Source: Trichoplax sp. H2 (Eukaryota). Taken from it: a DNA stretch of 64,000 nucleotides. Made by a program: the position numbers and the translations under genes. Where the stretch lies: the NCBI GenBank assembly GCA_003344405.1, contig NOWV01000011.1, positions 310,001 to 374,000 on the forward strand. Reading direction: 5' to 3'. Under the pieces are notes generated by a model. That model saw nothing but the letters and a program-made list of their open reading frames with translations. It ran no database searches and had not been told where the DNA came from. Below are positions 22,627 to 37,184 of this stretch, piece by piece. Every line of letters starts with the position of its first letter. Positions within the stretch are counted from its first letter, which is position 1.

Positions 22627-25600
22627 ATGATGGCCGCCGACGAGCGTCCTCGAGTGCGTGTTGAGGAAACGATCAAGATTAAAATTGGTAGGTTTAGGTA
22701 TTGTTGTCTTAATTCTACCGCATATGCGGTTCTATAGGATTGTGTACCCCCCCGTATTGTATTGTCTCCTTCTCTTGCTTTTTGAACATGGCATTACAAG
22801 AGTCATAAAATATTTCGTAAAATGTATTAATTTTTCAAACTGTTCAATATCGTATCTGATCGATAAATGACTGCCTCTATCGCACGACGGTATTCTACTT
22901 TCGCTACTGTATCTTTAGCATCAGTTCAAGATAGGCAAATGATTTATTTGACGTTTCAGGATTGATTAATGAATGAAGTGTGTTTTTTAGCGGTGATCGA
23001 ACAAGAATAATTAAATGAAAAATTAATACTCCAAATTATACAACCGATTAAAAGCTTGTTATTAACAGAACACGTTGAAGAGATTAACTTAAAACGCTGA
23101 AGTATTGGATGATAACAATGACGGGGACTAGAATTGATTTTGTTTCTAAAAACGCTATCCAATACCAGTCATCACCAAATAGATACCATACTACAGTCTT
23201 TTCGTGCAGTATACCCGTACAACATGGCAATAGCAACGCTAAAATTTTTTGTCCTGTTTTTGACAAGAATGTACTTCCTATAGCAAGTAGATAAAGTAGT
23301 TATAAATTGGATAGACTAAAATGATGTCTTCCCTTCCATAGATTATTTTATTTTATTATACAGTACAGTACAGTCAATCACTCCAAGATTTACTTTTATA
23401 CAGTCATGGTGCGTTCGTTGTCACGTACTGAATCAAGAAGCCTATGATGATCATAATACTGTGTAAAGCAAGCATACTGTTATTACTGTACGTAGAAAGA
23501 CAGAACTAGATGGTAGTACTGTAGTCCGTGCGTTTGTCGTGCAAGAAATCGCCTTCTTTGCATGCGGTAGGCGAATGTTGTTGTGTAAAAATGTCATGAT
23601 AACAATTTTGCATATTTTTTTACATTGAAATTTTACTGCATCAATTTCGACTTTAGGATCGTCAAATGGATGTTCTACAGTAGTGACAGAGTAAGATGTC
23701 AGTACGTCGGCACCTAATCGATTATATTATAAACTATCGCTGCAAAACACAGTGATACTAACTAGTCGAAATAACGTTAAACCTTGAATGATGGAAATGC
23801 ATTCTGAAATTTCTTCTCATTTTTTTTTCAATGTGAAGTTAATGAAACTAGAAATTTGCTATTGAGTCATTATTAATGATTTTTACCGATCAATATCATT
23901 TTCTTGTTTATAATTCATTGTTGGTTAAACCTTGCAGGTGAAGCTAAGAATTTACCCAATAGTTCTGGTCGCAATTGCTATTGTAAAGTCTCATTAGATA
24001 ACGAACAAATTTTTCGAACAACTTCCGTAGAGAAATCGCACAGGTTAGTCGATTGATACCATATGTACACTGTACTGTGCAGCTACTTTAAAAGTCAATC
24101 TCTGTGGCACTGTCTACGGAAATCTTAATGTTACTTGCTTAATTAAACAGAATGGTTAATTTATGCAACGTACGCGAATAAAAAAAATTATGAACAGCGT
24201 AATTAATGCCGCCGCCTTCATAAACTAAGGTGCCACATGCGATTTTACCATCTAATTATACTATCCTATTTGAGTTCCATGTCGTCGTAAAAATGCTGTT
24301 ATGCCATTTTGCCTATTGGTAATTTACGTTTCTACCATATCCATGGACATGAGTCATTTATATAACCTTGTCTCAGTGTATGGTTGAACCATGGTTTAAC
24401 CAGGGACTACTAAAAGAAAGAAGGGGCTACATTAACTTTAAGTTGAAGCTAATTACTTGATCAAATACAAAGTGTACCGTACTGGATTGCGCTATGTTTT
24501 CAGCCAAAATATCATACCATAATGACGTCTGTACTGTCTCTGTCTGCCTACGTGTAATCTTTAGTCATCGCTGCGCGTAAAACAATAACTCTCATTTTAC
24601 TGGATTGTGCCATAAACTACTAGAAACAAGTACAGTAGTTCAAGACTGCGGTAGTCTAAAAATATTGTATCAGAGACATAATTGTTGACTGAAGAAAACT
24701 CAGGTATTTTCCTACAATTACTGCAAAATTTCAAAAAGTCTAGGTATTTGATTGGGATTTCACTTGGATGAGATGATTGTTAGATTCTGTACAGTATACT
24801 GTGCTATGATGTCAACGGTTGGTCAGGCATTACTAAAAGAGATCTTCGCTTAATAGTCTATAGTACACCACTTCTCATATTACCCATAACCCATACTACA
24901 CTAAAAAGGCAGTTAACATAAGCAATTTTATACAACACAGAATCAGGCAAGATCGCTTAATTTTTTAAATTGAATAAAAATTCTTGTCTACTGTCCCCTA
25001 AGAAAAGTTTGATTTAATTTTGAAGCCGAAAAGTCGACAATACCTTGAACCCCTCCAGTACCGTACAGTATCATACTGAATATTTCTTCTGCATACAGTA
25101 CAGTACTGTACACTGTAGCGGAACTGGTACCAACTACAGTACAGTACAGTACTGTAGGGTATGGGGTATTTTTGGGGAACATTAGCCCTGCCAATTTCAT
25201 TCAACTCTGCTGCCTTGACAGTAATAACCATCAAATACTCTATATTGTCGTTTAGGCTACTCATCAAGAAAAAATAGACTAACAGCATAAGGTCGCTGAC
25301 TCAGCGGCCAAGTAATAAATCGAAAAAAGCATTTTGAACATTTTATCGTAATCCCTGGTAACATGATATTGTATTGCAAACAGATCTTTTGTAATCTGAT
25401 CAGGGATATTACCAAATGTTACTAACCGTAAATAAATTTATCAAATATTTATTAAATTAAAGCATATTTTGGTCGATGCTCCTCAGCACAGTACAGTTGA
25501 ATATAGACAGTTGTATATACAGTAAGCAACAAACAAAAATCGAAATTGATTAATTAATAGTCAATGCATTCAACTGAATTATTGATAGTTTTAAGGCTTA

Positions 25601-28600
25601 AAGTCTAGTATCTACACTTGACTTTATCTATATTATACATATTGTAGAATATATTCGTACATGGACAGTAATACTGAAGCAGATTTTCAATTTAGATATT
25701 CTCGTACAGTATATGCTGTATGGAAACGTATACATTCGTATAGGTTATACCATGGTATATATATATACCATGAAATTGAGAAAAATCTTAACAGTTAGTA
25801 TAACTTATACGCGCTTTGCTAAGAGTAAAGTGGTGCTAAACGGTTCAATGCCTACAGTCAGGTATCGTTACAATTTTTACAAAATTTATGTGCTGTTTAA
25901 CAGTAAGCTATGCGTATTTCAGTTATGCCCATAGAGGTTATATGGATAAGAAAGATTAAAGTAGAACCGTAGAGATGATCAAGTTAAAAGGACCAAAATA
26001 GGCTTAAGTCTACATCATTGCCTTCCAATATCCCTACAGTACAGTAATGCACCTAACGATGGTATTCTTATTTGAAATACTAAAAAACAAGCTGTGATTT
26101 GTTTATCCTAATTCATACTTGAATTAGGATTCATTGAAAAGTTTTCCTTATTTATACGCGTAGATTGAAATTAGCTGCAATACCATTAAGCGTAATGTAT
26201 AGTGGGTATGAATCAACACCACTATAAATACAGTGACGGAATATGATTATACACTTATGTACGCGGACGTATAGTTTTATTAAACTTGCAATACACCTGC
26301 TGTATGCTAGCTCTGTCAAGATGTGTGTATCATTAGCTGCTAAAGGTTAACTTGGATTTGTTAAGTACTGCAGTTGCTAGATAAGTAAGATAGCCATATA
26401 AAAACTAGGATTAAGTAAATGAAATTTGTTGTTTTTATTGCAGTCCGTTCTATGGTGAAGAATTTGAATTTGATATACCGAGAGATTTTGGAGTGTTATC
26501 CTTCCAAATACATGAGACTGATTTGTTTGGTTTTCGTAAAGATCAAGCAATTGGCAAGGTAAGGTGTAGTCAGATACTAGTTTATCGTTAGTCAGCTTTT
26601 TTAGTAAAAGTCTAGATATATAGGACTGTCCTTTTGGATGGAAAAATCTCAAAGTAAGATCGGTATAGTATACTGTATAACAAAGCTTTCGATGCCGTTA
26701 GTACGCTTGCACATTTATGATTTTATTTATTTTACTACAATGCAACGGTAACAAATTGAGGACCTTAAAATGATGTCATAGCCTTTTGCATAGCGATCTC
26801 TTTAATAGATGCAGTATTTGCCTAACTTGATGGAAATGGGTTATTGGATCAAGTAAATAGTTATTGTTTTCGTAATGATAATTTGTTAATATGATGAGAA
26901 ACAGAAACAATTACCAAGTCATATTAATGATTAAATGTTGAATAGAAGTTGAATTTGTTCAACTAGGCAAATTTTGTTATTCTAAACACATAAACTTATT
27001 TATAATCGAGCAATTGCGTTTAATTATTTATTTAAAGAGAAGCAGATTGTAAAACTTTCGCTATCCATACTGTAATAAAAGAGAGTTATACTGTAAGAGG
27101 GATATCGCAATCTGATATTCAGCCATTTATGCTATTTTTTCTCGTTACCTCATGAATTACCTCATATAGTATGGCCAGCTTGTTTAGATAGTACTGTAAA
27201 TCAGTACCGTACGAAGATCAATTGATCTCTTATAGTAATACTCTAGAATTTCTAAATCTTTATTTTACATTATCGATGTTTTTTGGCTCTGCCATAGAGA
27301 TATCATTAACATTGCCAAATAAAATGGCAACCTTCTTGTTGTTTTTGAATTGTTATACTGTACGTAGACTATAGCTTTACACAAACAATTTAAATTTTGT
27401 AATTTAAAGGTCAATTTATTCAAGCTCTACGAGCTAAAACCAGCTACATAATACCTATATTTCAAAACTAACTTCAATTTTTAACATATAAGAAATTAAT
27501 AAGTTTTTTTATAAAAAGAAAATATACAAACTTATGTTAATTTGATCTTTCTGTAAAAAAATGTATGCTATTAAAACAGCAAGTAATTGCAAGACACGTC
27601 GATTAACCAAATAACGGGTTGCAATCTTTATTTTCGATGCGTAGTCTAAATTTATTTCGTTAGGTCGTCCTTTATCTGAAACTGTCTTAAAATATAACAC
27701 AATTTTTTATTTGTAAAGTTATGATTATATTAAATACTATGCGTTATCTTTATTGCTGTCTAATGTGATTTTGCAACAGTCTAAAAGTCGGTGATGGTCA
27801 TTCTAGACAACGTTTTAATAGTAATAACATTCTTATTTTATACTTGCATAGGTGATTATAAGACGATCTGAATTGCATACTTACAATGGGCTTGATAAAT
27901 GGCACCCTATTTTGCCAGTTGATACTGAACCTGAAGCTCAGGTTAGCATAGCCTGTCGATAAAAGGGAAATATTAGCTAATGGTATTATAGGATATTGTT
28001 AGGCATTACATGGATTCTGAAAGATACGGATGTGATTTTTTAGTACATTTTATTTTTTTTGATTTTTTTTAAATCGATGTAATCACGCTTAATACCGTTA
28101 TTTTCTTTTAAATTTTATTATAGTATTCAATGCTAGATGTTAATAAATAATATGTTACGCATGGTCAGAAAATTATTATAACGACTCAAATGGCTATTTG
28201 CTTTTTTTCACCTTAATAATCAAAGTGTATTGTAAATCTTTATAAAATATTTTTAGTACAAATATTCTACCAACTTAGCGTCAAGTTGGATGTATTTATT
28301 ACACCTTTCGATTTCTAATATTAGTTATTAATTTCTGGGTCACATAATATACTCTTAGTTGAGAATAAAAGATTCATTCACCTATCTTCTAAATTGCTTA
28401 AATAGGGTAAAATTCGGGTACGATTAAAGTTACAAGATGCATATGTGAATAAGACATGTTATTATAAATTACATGTTAAGTAAGTGTTAAATTTTTAATT
28501 TTTTGTATATCAATTTAATTTTTTTAATGATCAGAAGTAATTTTGTTACTAATCAGCGGTATATATGTATTTCACAGAGTCATAGAGGCAACAGATTTGC

Positions 28601-31600
28601 ATGCATGTCAAAGTAGTGGTACATCGGATACCTTCGCTTCTGTGAAATTAATGAACTATACGACAAAGTAGGTCGAGATGTGATGGCATTGATTTAAGAG
28701 AAGTTATAGGATATTTAATTTAATACCATAGCTTTGACAATGTTATTCTTTTCAATTGTTATCGTCAGATAAAGGCATTTATACTACCTTTTATTTTAAG
28801 GAATAGACCAGAAGTAAAGCGTACAAAAGTTAGGAAAAAGACTCTTAATCCGACATTTGACGAAGAATTTAATTTCAGTGTAAATATATTTTACATTCTA
28901 TTATCGATACATTTTAAAAGTTTTGATGTATATTAGCGATAGACATATATAGCAAAAATGTTGTAAATATTTATTATTGAAATGTATTCTTTTATCCGTA
29001 GTTATGGGATAATGATTTGTCAAATTACTGCGTCAAGTAAGAGTATATTTCTAGTTGTGGTCTTGGTGACTTGCAAATAAAATAGAAATATTGTTCCTGT
29101 ATATAATGATATCTACTTTAATCTGGTTTTAAGTTTGTACTTGTTTCTACTGTGTGCTTTTAGTATCGAGCTTTGTAATGCAAATATGATAGGGGATACA
29201 TTTATGGGCAAGGTAATAAATATCATTTAGCAAACTAACTATTTTTGAAATAGTTTTTGATCAATTCTTACTGTTGACTAATCTAGTATTTAAAAATTTT
29301 ATTACTATTGTTATTTTTGCTATCATTGATAACAGCACGGATGATAATTTCTTCCAAGACTTTTATAGAATGTTTGAAAATATGATTAAAGAATGCTATT
29401 TTAAATTAACGAAATCTAGGTTACAATACCACTTCAATCTTTGGATCTGTCGAGTAGTCACGAGGCAAGGTACGTTTCGCACTTATAACTAAAAAATTTT
29501 AATTTTTATTTAATAGTCAGTTAATTTTTCAAAATAGCTATATGCTCAGTGAAAGGGAAGGCCGACACAGTGGAAATAAAGCTGATCTAGGATCGCTTCG
29601 TCTAAAAATTAATTATGTGGAAGATTGGGTTTTTCCCTCGCGATCGTATGACCAGTTAAGAAAATTAATTGTAAATTCTATTGACTGCAATGTAAGTATA
29701 ATAAACTTTTTCGTCATCACATTGCCGGACTAATATTAATGATTACGATTCTTACTCTCAATTTGTTTCTTAAAATCAGCCGATCAACTCAAGTCCTGCC
29801 GCTGTTCTAGGTAGAATTGTTAAAGATAAGATAGACGCTGCAAAATCGTTAGTGAAGATTTTTCTCCATTACGATAAGGTAAATGGACAAGATAGTAGTT
29901 ATGTGGATAATTTTAAATTTTCTCATTACAGGAATACTTTTTATTTCGTTGTAGGTTGTAGATTTTTTAAGGTGTGTAGCCGAAAATGAAATCCGCCATA
30001 CAAGGTAAATGACCCTACACTGCAATGTATATATATACATACGATGTTGATATAGAAATTGAAGTACATCAATCACTATTCTTTTTATTTTAAACATTCT
30101 ATAGTGATCCTAATACTCTGTTTCGCGGAAATTCACTTGCTTCAAAAGCGATAGATGAATTTATGAAAATTTATGGCCAACATTACTTACATTATACCCT
30201 AAATGGCATCATAGATGAGGTCAATATCTAAATAGTGTATTGTACAGTACATGTGTAGTTTGCTAACGTGCAATATATGTATATTACAAGGACCAGTAGT
30301 AGTTAAATTGTATTAAAATAAATTTTTTTATATTTATTATCGTTACCGAAAATGCATACCAATGTAGATAATTGAAGACAAGAAACCATGTGAAATTGAT
30401 CCCTCTAAACTGAAAGATAGCGAATCTTTGGATGCTAACCTTGTAATCTTATCTTCAATTCTAGCTTGTGATTCCCTAATAAATATTCTATACGAAGAAA
30501 GTGGCATACTACTTATACTCATACGATTATTTTTATACGTGATTGCTTTAGGGGAATTTACAAGGTTATGTCGAAAGATGTTTTGTAGCTATTACTTGTT
30601 CAGCAATTCATTGTCCACCTCTTATGTGTGAACTATTTCGATATATCAAAGAAGCAGCAGTTAGACGTTTTCCAGGTTATATCATAAATTATCGCGTTTC
30701 ACTATTGATGACTATGTATTAACTTTTCTAAATTATTATCTTTAACTAATTTTAGATATTGAGGACATTTGCTTTACCTCAGTTAGCGGTTTTATTTTCC
30801 TACGTTTTTTTGCTCCGGCGTTGTTAAATCCTCGCTTGTTTCAGATGAGAGCGGATCATGGGGTATACATAAATACTAACTTTCTGAGATTATAGAGTCT
30901 ATGCAATTCTGATAACTAAGTAAATCCATTTGTGTGAACTTGGTAAAGATATTAACTTCAATCGCCTTTCTAATGTTTATAAATATTGCAGGAACCGCTA
31001 ACCTGCAGAACATTAACGTTAATTTCTAAAAGTATTCAAAATCTAGGAAATCTTGGATGTGTTCAATCTGTAAGCTGTCCTTTACTTATATTTATCAGAG
31101 TTTTACCAATTTTAAAGATACAAAATTTTTTGTAAAATATGGATTACTTTTAATTCTTATCAAAGATGAAAGAAACTTACATGGAAACTCTCAATAGCAT
31201 GTTCTTAAATGATACTCACATAGCAGCTGTGAAGAATGTAAGCACTTTGTCTAAAAAAGATTTCAGTAATGATCGTATGAGTGATATATTACTCGTGGAT
31301 TAGTTTTTAGATTTTATTTCATCTCCGCATGAATACAACGAAAATTCTGGGATGCCTTTAGTACTCAAAGAAGGGTAATGAAACATTTATTGAGTTTGAA
31401 CGTATTTCTGTGATAAATTAGAATTGATAGAATTTATCAACTTGCGATAACTTTAGAATTATGATTAAACGTGCTCAAGGAAGACGGAAAAAATTTGGTG
31501 TAAAGCCTTTCCGGAAAAGGTGTGTACCCTAGACTCTCTATGCCAGTGGCTTATTTTAAATTTTTTATATAAAAATTAATATTTTGCGTTATTTTATATT

Positions 31601-32947
31601 TTTAAGATATTTCCTGCTTACAACTGAAGAATTAAGTTATGCGAAGGAGAAAGGTCGATAACTATAATTCTAACATCATGCGAAGACGTTTCCAAAATGT
31701 TCTATTTTTCTATTTTAACTTAAATCTTATGGATTCTGTAAAGGCTCTGAAATCCTATGTCAAATTCCAAAGGAAGACATTCTTGCTGTAGAAAGAGTTG
31801 ATTATGAAGCATTTAAAATGAAACTGGTACTATAATCTGTAAAATTAAGAATATAGTATTTAGCTTGGTGTCAGTAATTAAATAAAAACTAAACATTCAC
31901 TTTTTAGATGTTCCAAATAGTACAACCGAATAGACCATTATATGTTTTAGCTAATAATAGTGTAGAAGAACGAGATTGGTGAGTGTTTAGATTCTATGGT
32001 GGAATTAGGGACGTAAACTTTTCCTATTTTACTTTTGCTGTTACTTTTTACTCAATTGAAACATTGATTTATGTGTAGGATTTATGTACTAAAGAAAATC
32101 TGTCAAAAGAACCCTAATAGATTGGAAGCTTATCACCCAGGTGCATTTGATGAAAAGAAAAACGCTTGGATATGGTACGGCTATAATTTTATTTAAGACG
32201 AAAATTTGTGTAATTGGATATTACTAATATATATATATATCGTAACAGTTGTGGAAAACCACAGGAAGTTATCGCTGGATGTACGCATGTTACAAGTATA
32301 TCTGAGTGAGCTCTCTAATGTTCTATTAGCGTTTGTAATCCTAATTTTTTGAAAATACAGTAGTACTGATATACCACGTATGATTTCATAGGGCTGACTC
32401 GCCTGATACCACTATGCATATAAAAGTTGATGTTGATCGGGAGCTAGAGAAGGTGTACACATTATTTGTAAATAAATTGGAAGATTTACAAAATCTACGG
32501 GGTAAACAATAATAGTATTATAAGATCTTTAATCAGTGTGATTATGGAATTTATTTGACAGCAAGAGCTAGCCTGTCATTTTATATCAATTGAATTGTTT
32601 ACACGAATTTATAGAAGAAGCAGCGTCTAGCTTGCAGAAAGTATCCGATTTTCAACTTTATTCGAGGAATGAATTACAAATTGAATTAACCTCCTTAAAT
32701 GATATTATCGAGTTTTGTCATCGCCATTTATCTGAGCATGAAGACAATCGAAAATTTAACAGATCAGGAAATATATCATTCAGGTTAATATTTTATTCGA
32801 TTCTTGTATGGATAGACACATTTTTAATTTAAACTTGGTGTACTAAGCAAATGTAGATCATTAATTACACTCAACTGTCTATATGCTAGATCGGGGACTA
32901 CGCAAGTTTCTGATACTTTTGGTATTGGTGATTTAAAGGTGCGCTAG
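22627..32947 (+). CDS. RASA3: GAP1-family Ras GTPase-activating protein (C2-C2-RasGAP-PH-BTK), RASA2/RASA3-like
   Basis: Exon 1 22627-22687 ([21 protein letters not shown]), exon 2 23938-24043 ([20 protein letters not shown]), exon 3 26444-26558 ([15 protein letters not shown]), exon 4 27852-27941, then about 20 small exons. These carry the arginine finger [39 protein letters not shown] motif [13 protein letters not shown] and BTK motif YHPGAF..W.CCG. Stop TAG at 32945-32947. Likely co-orthologous to RASA2 and RASA3. Confidence 0.93.
25056..25158. repeat. TACAG/CTGTA pentamer array in RasGAP intron 2
   Basis: CATACAGTACAGTACTGTACACTGTAG and CTACAGTACAGTACAGTACTGTAG. Confidence 0.8.
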
Positions 32948-33715
32948 AAAATAGAACTGAATGGATAGTTTTATTTATTATGAAGCGCGTCAAACTAAGA
33001 ATTACAAATCAACGTTTAATTTTGGTGTATCAGTAGCAGAGTATAGATCTAGGTTGATTTAATGTGGTTGCTTATTGATTTAATGATCAATATGATATTA
33101 ATTAGTTAATTGTTATGCAATATAGCGCATTGTATAACAATAAATCATTTGCTGTAACTATTAACGTCTTAATGCCCTTTTAAAATTGCTGGTAAGGAGC
33201 AAACATTTCTACCGTTACTAGCGCTACTTTTATGATATTGAAATTCTTGTATTAATGTAACATCCATGTTACTACTTTATTGAAATTGTAAATATATGCA
33301 ACTATGTTTTAACGCATCAGAGCAATGATTCTATTTCATTAAGCAATTTAACATTATCAAACAGAATTTAATGCAGATCATGTTATAATACAACAATAGA
33401 TTAAAGATTGGTACATTACAGGGTCTCATAAATTAAAATTAGATTTTCATCTATATCAATATCAAGATATTGCTTTCTGACCTTGTGCAAGGACCAAACT
33501 TGTAGACTGTGCATAAATTGTTGATATCATAATATAAAATGTGAATCGACTATCCAATGTATAAGACATTGCAAAGAATTATTAAAATTTCTTTTTATGA
33601 TATTTATCTTCCAACATTTCAACATTTTGCACATTATTTATAAACAAGATAAATGTACTAACTTAGTATTAGATCTAATGGAAAAGAGACTTAATAATAT
33701 AGAACTATAGAAATA

Positions 33716-36030
33716 TCACAAAAAGGCATTAGTAGCGCTTCGAGAAAAACGACTATCAAGCTTTTTAGCTTTATTAATAACTGAGCGACGCTGTGTCGCA
33801 TTTAAGGCACTATGATTTAAGTCTTTTTCTCTATCGAAGGGTCTCCTTTCCTTTTTCGTATCCTCTGGTTCTTCGTCCTAGTAATAATTAGAATAAATTA
33901 AGATAGTTGCAGCACTTTAAGTAATATATCAAGATATGAAATATTACTAACCCGTTTTCTTTTAACGTGAAGATCTATAAGCGACTCTTTACGGTGATGT
34001 TTCTATGAATTTAAGTTAAGCAGGTAAATCCCATTCGTTAGAATTATCTGTCCTTTATTTACTAATCTTGTGCTCTGTTAGGCTGGTAAATGTAATTAGA
34101 GAGATTAATATTAGAACTTATATATGTATAGTTACATTGTAATCATCGATCTTCCTCAATACTAGTGAATCATTATCGGATAATTTCACATCGGGTTGTA
34201 TCGGGCTGCGTTTTCTTTCTCGTTTTTCCTTTTTTAAGTATTATGAGAATGATCAAATAGCTATCATAATATTTAATAAAAACTATAAAATTATTATGAT
34301 CTTAGCGACTTTGAAATACAATTTCATATTAGTAGAGTTGGTTATTACTACGGCTATACCTTATTCATCTTTTTAGCTTTATCACTTGGAGTTTCTGTCC
34401 AAGAAGTAGGGTCATATTTGCCTACTGACTCGTTCCTACGGAATTGTCGCGGTCCTAATCCTAACATTATTAGACAAACCCAGAAAATAGAGTGAGGCAT
34501 ATCAACTTTGCTAGTACCTTCTAAAATGATTTTACCAACTTAATTTAGCCTGATCAGCTTACCAAACTGATTTCCTATACTGGCAGGCAAGTCCGTCATC
34601 CACGATTCACGCCCGCTCTTTGCCTGTCATTACCGATTTACATAAAATTAGAGTATTTGTTGTATCTATAATTATATAATGTGTTGATATTGTATTAATC
34701 ATATTACATCTAATATTAACAATGGAATGTATTATCTTTAACAATACGATAGATGTGTAATAATTTATAACTGCAATAGAGCGATAATAGTAGAATTTTT
34801 TTAGATATTAGCCCAACTGGCTCACTACCGTAAGACGTTACGTTGTAAATAACTTTTACATTTTTCGTAGAACCTTAAAATATTATAGAACAAACAACTA
34901 AGGTAGAATGAGTAGTATGTACATTATATTGCGGCAGTGTTCTATTTAAAATAAAATTACATCACCTCTTCCAAGTTAGATTGTTGTCTCGCTGCTAGAA
35001 ACTGACGTTCTCTTTTCATGGCAATATCAGTGATATCTTTCTAACATTATATACATAAATAGTGCAATACATGTATCAACTTGCAGATTTGTGTATTGTA
35101 CAAAATGATATAAGTATAAGTTAAACGGAGCTATCACTGATTACAAGCCCTAGTTTAAAAGTTCGTAAAAAGTACTGTATCACCTTGGTAATATAGAAGT
35201 ATAATTGTTACTATGCGTATCATATATTCCAAGTAGCTTCTTTAACATAACTTTATCAAGATTATTCTTTGCTTTATACTGACTTACCCGTTTCTCATTT
35301 ATCTTCTCCGGTAATGGGCCAACAAAGTCGTCATCAACAGTATCGTCATTGCTAACTATTTAGAACAATGATAGCAAAAATGATAAAGATATTACTTTAC
35401 AGCATTTCTATATCAAAATTTTATCATTTATTAACTATAGTATAAATTTCAAAGATACTTAGTTACATTAGATGTAGTAACTATTAAAACATTTTAAAAT
35501 ATTATCCTATCTTCCATATCAATTACTGTTTATATGTATATTTAATACAATATGTCTGCATTAAGATATTGGCTAATTGGTTTACTATTCTAACAGAGTT
35601 AATAAAAACAATGCAGTTAATTATATGTTTCAGTCAGTTCACCTTGATGGAGAGTGATTTCGTCTTCCTGGTTAACATTACTTTGATATGGCATGATCGG
35701 TCCAATATATTTTGATTCTTTTGATGGACTATTGTTATCAGTATTTTGATCCTGAATACTTAGAGCAAAACCTGGAGGTAATGCAGGTCCGTATTGCTGA
35801 GCCTCATTTGCTGTCTGTTCACTTTCAGGTGAATCATTTTGATTTGATGTAGAGGCTGCACTGTTGCTTGCATGTGAAGACGGTAATATTGGACCGTAAG
35901 TTGCAACCGCAGTTGTTTCTTGTTTGGTTGATTCTTTTAATGTTTGACCAGTATTAGAAGTTGGTGATGCCTCCGTGCAGCTAGGTGGTGGCAACGGTCC
36001 ATACGTTTTGGATGTCATTGACGAGGACAT
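33716..36030 (-). CDS. GPALPP1: GPALPP motifs-containing protein 1 (DUF3752-type C-terminus), about 8 coding exons
   Basis: Repeated YGPLPPP, YGPILP, YGPALPPGF, IGPIMP and VGPLP motifs. Downstream exons encode RESWMTDLP, LGPRQFRR, SWTETPSDKAKK and RRPFDREKDL...KLDSRFS. Stop TGA at 33718-33716. Confidence 0.92.
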
Positions 36031-36619
36031 AATCTCTAAATAGTGTTGTGTACCCTAGACAGAAATAAATTTATCAATAAGATACTGCTGTTTGACTTTG
36101 AACAGGTACTTTAACTTGCTGATTAATCATGATACGTTTAATGTGCCAATGGTATATTATAAAATAGTGATATAGAGTTTCAGCCATCTGTATTCAAATT
36201 GCTACTTAAGATATACTGATGTTGTCGCATTTTTTAAGGCCATGTCGATTTTACATAAGCATAATCAGGTGCATCACCGATGAGGCTTTTCAACTTTTTC
36301 TGAGCAATCATACATTACAAGATGGTAACTTGTGCATTTAATACGTTCCACTGACACCTCTTCTGTCACTACCTGTCACTATACGCGTGTATTTATAGCA
36401 ATATCGATATTAAGCAACACATTTGTCTATAATCAACCTCAATTAGCTTGATCGATGTCCGCAATCATTGCCGCCATGATTGTTTCCATTTCATCGATTG
36501 AGCAATAATTACATTTAAAAAGGATGGCAAGTTGAGTCTTTAGTAAACACTATCTTAAGATCTCTTGTTCGGACACTAAGTAGTACCAAGCACTGCCGAA
36601 CTCTCACACTACGATACGC

Positions 36620-36892
36620 GAAGGTACAGTACTGTACAGTACAGTACAGTACTGTATTGTACGCCGGTACGATTCTGAGGTACTGTACGGTACAGTGCGC
36701 AGTACTGTGAGATACAGTACTCTATACTGTAGTGAGAGTACCGTACTGTACGGTACTGTACCGAACACTTGTGCCTACTTGTACTGCGGCTGCGTCTGGA
36801 ATTTGTTGACAATAAAACAACATTGTACTGTATACTTATACAGCAAAATCAATCCTATTTTAGGAAGTAGTCTTTGGGCCATGTACTGTACG
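36620..36892. promoter_or_regulatory. Bidirectional promoter region of GPALPP1/FBXO22 filled with TACAG/CTGTA pentamers
   Basis: Lies within the 1.15-kb gap between head-to-head ATGs (36030 on -, 37185 on +). Dense array such as GGTACAGTACTGTACAGTACAGTACAGTACTGTATTGTAC, with elevated CpG. Confidence 0.65.
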
Positions 36893-37184
36893 ATTCTCGG
36901 TTTAAAGGAGAGACGTAATCGATGGTTTGTAAGATCATGAACAGCTTTGCAGATATTTAAAGCAGTTTTACACATAACGTTAATATCTGTGATTTTGAAA
37001 GGAAAGGAAACTGGAAACTTTGAAAATACGATATACAGCATCTGTTATTTTGCTAACATTTACTCAACCTGTTTACTACTGCTGTGTCATTAACGGCAAT
37101 ACAGTACATGATCAGCTAGTTGTTGTGGTTATCTTACATGCATTGTATGATCCAGTAAGTCTGTTGTAAGAAGATCGTAGAAAT

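Noticed and set aside
25157-25186. G-quadruplex
   Set aside because: Only three G-tracts of three or more G.
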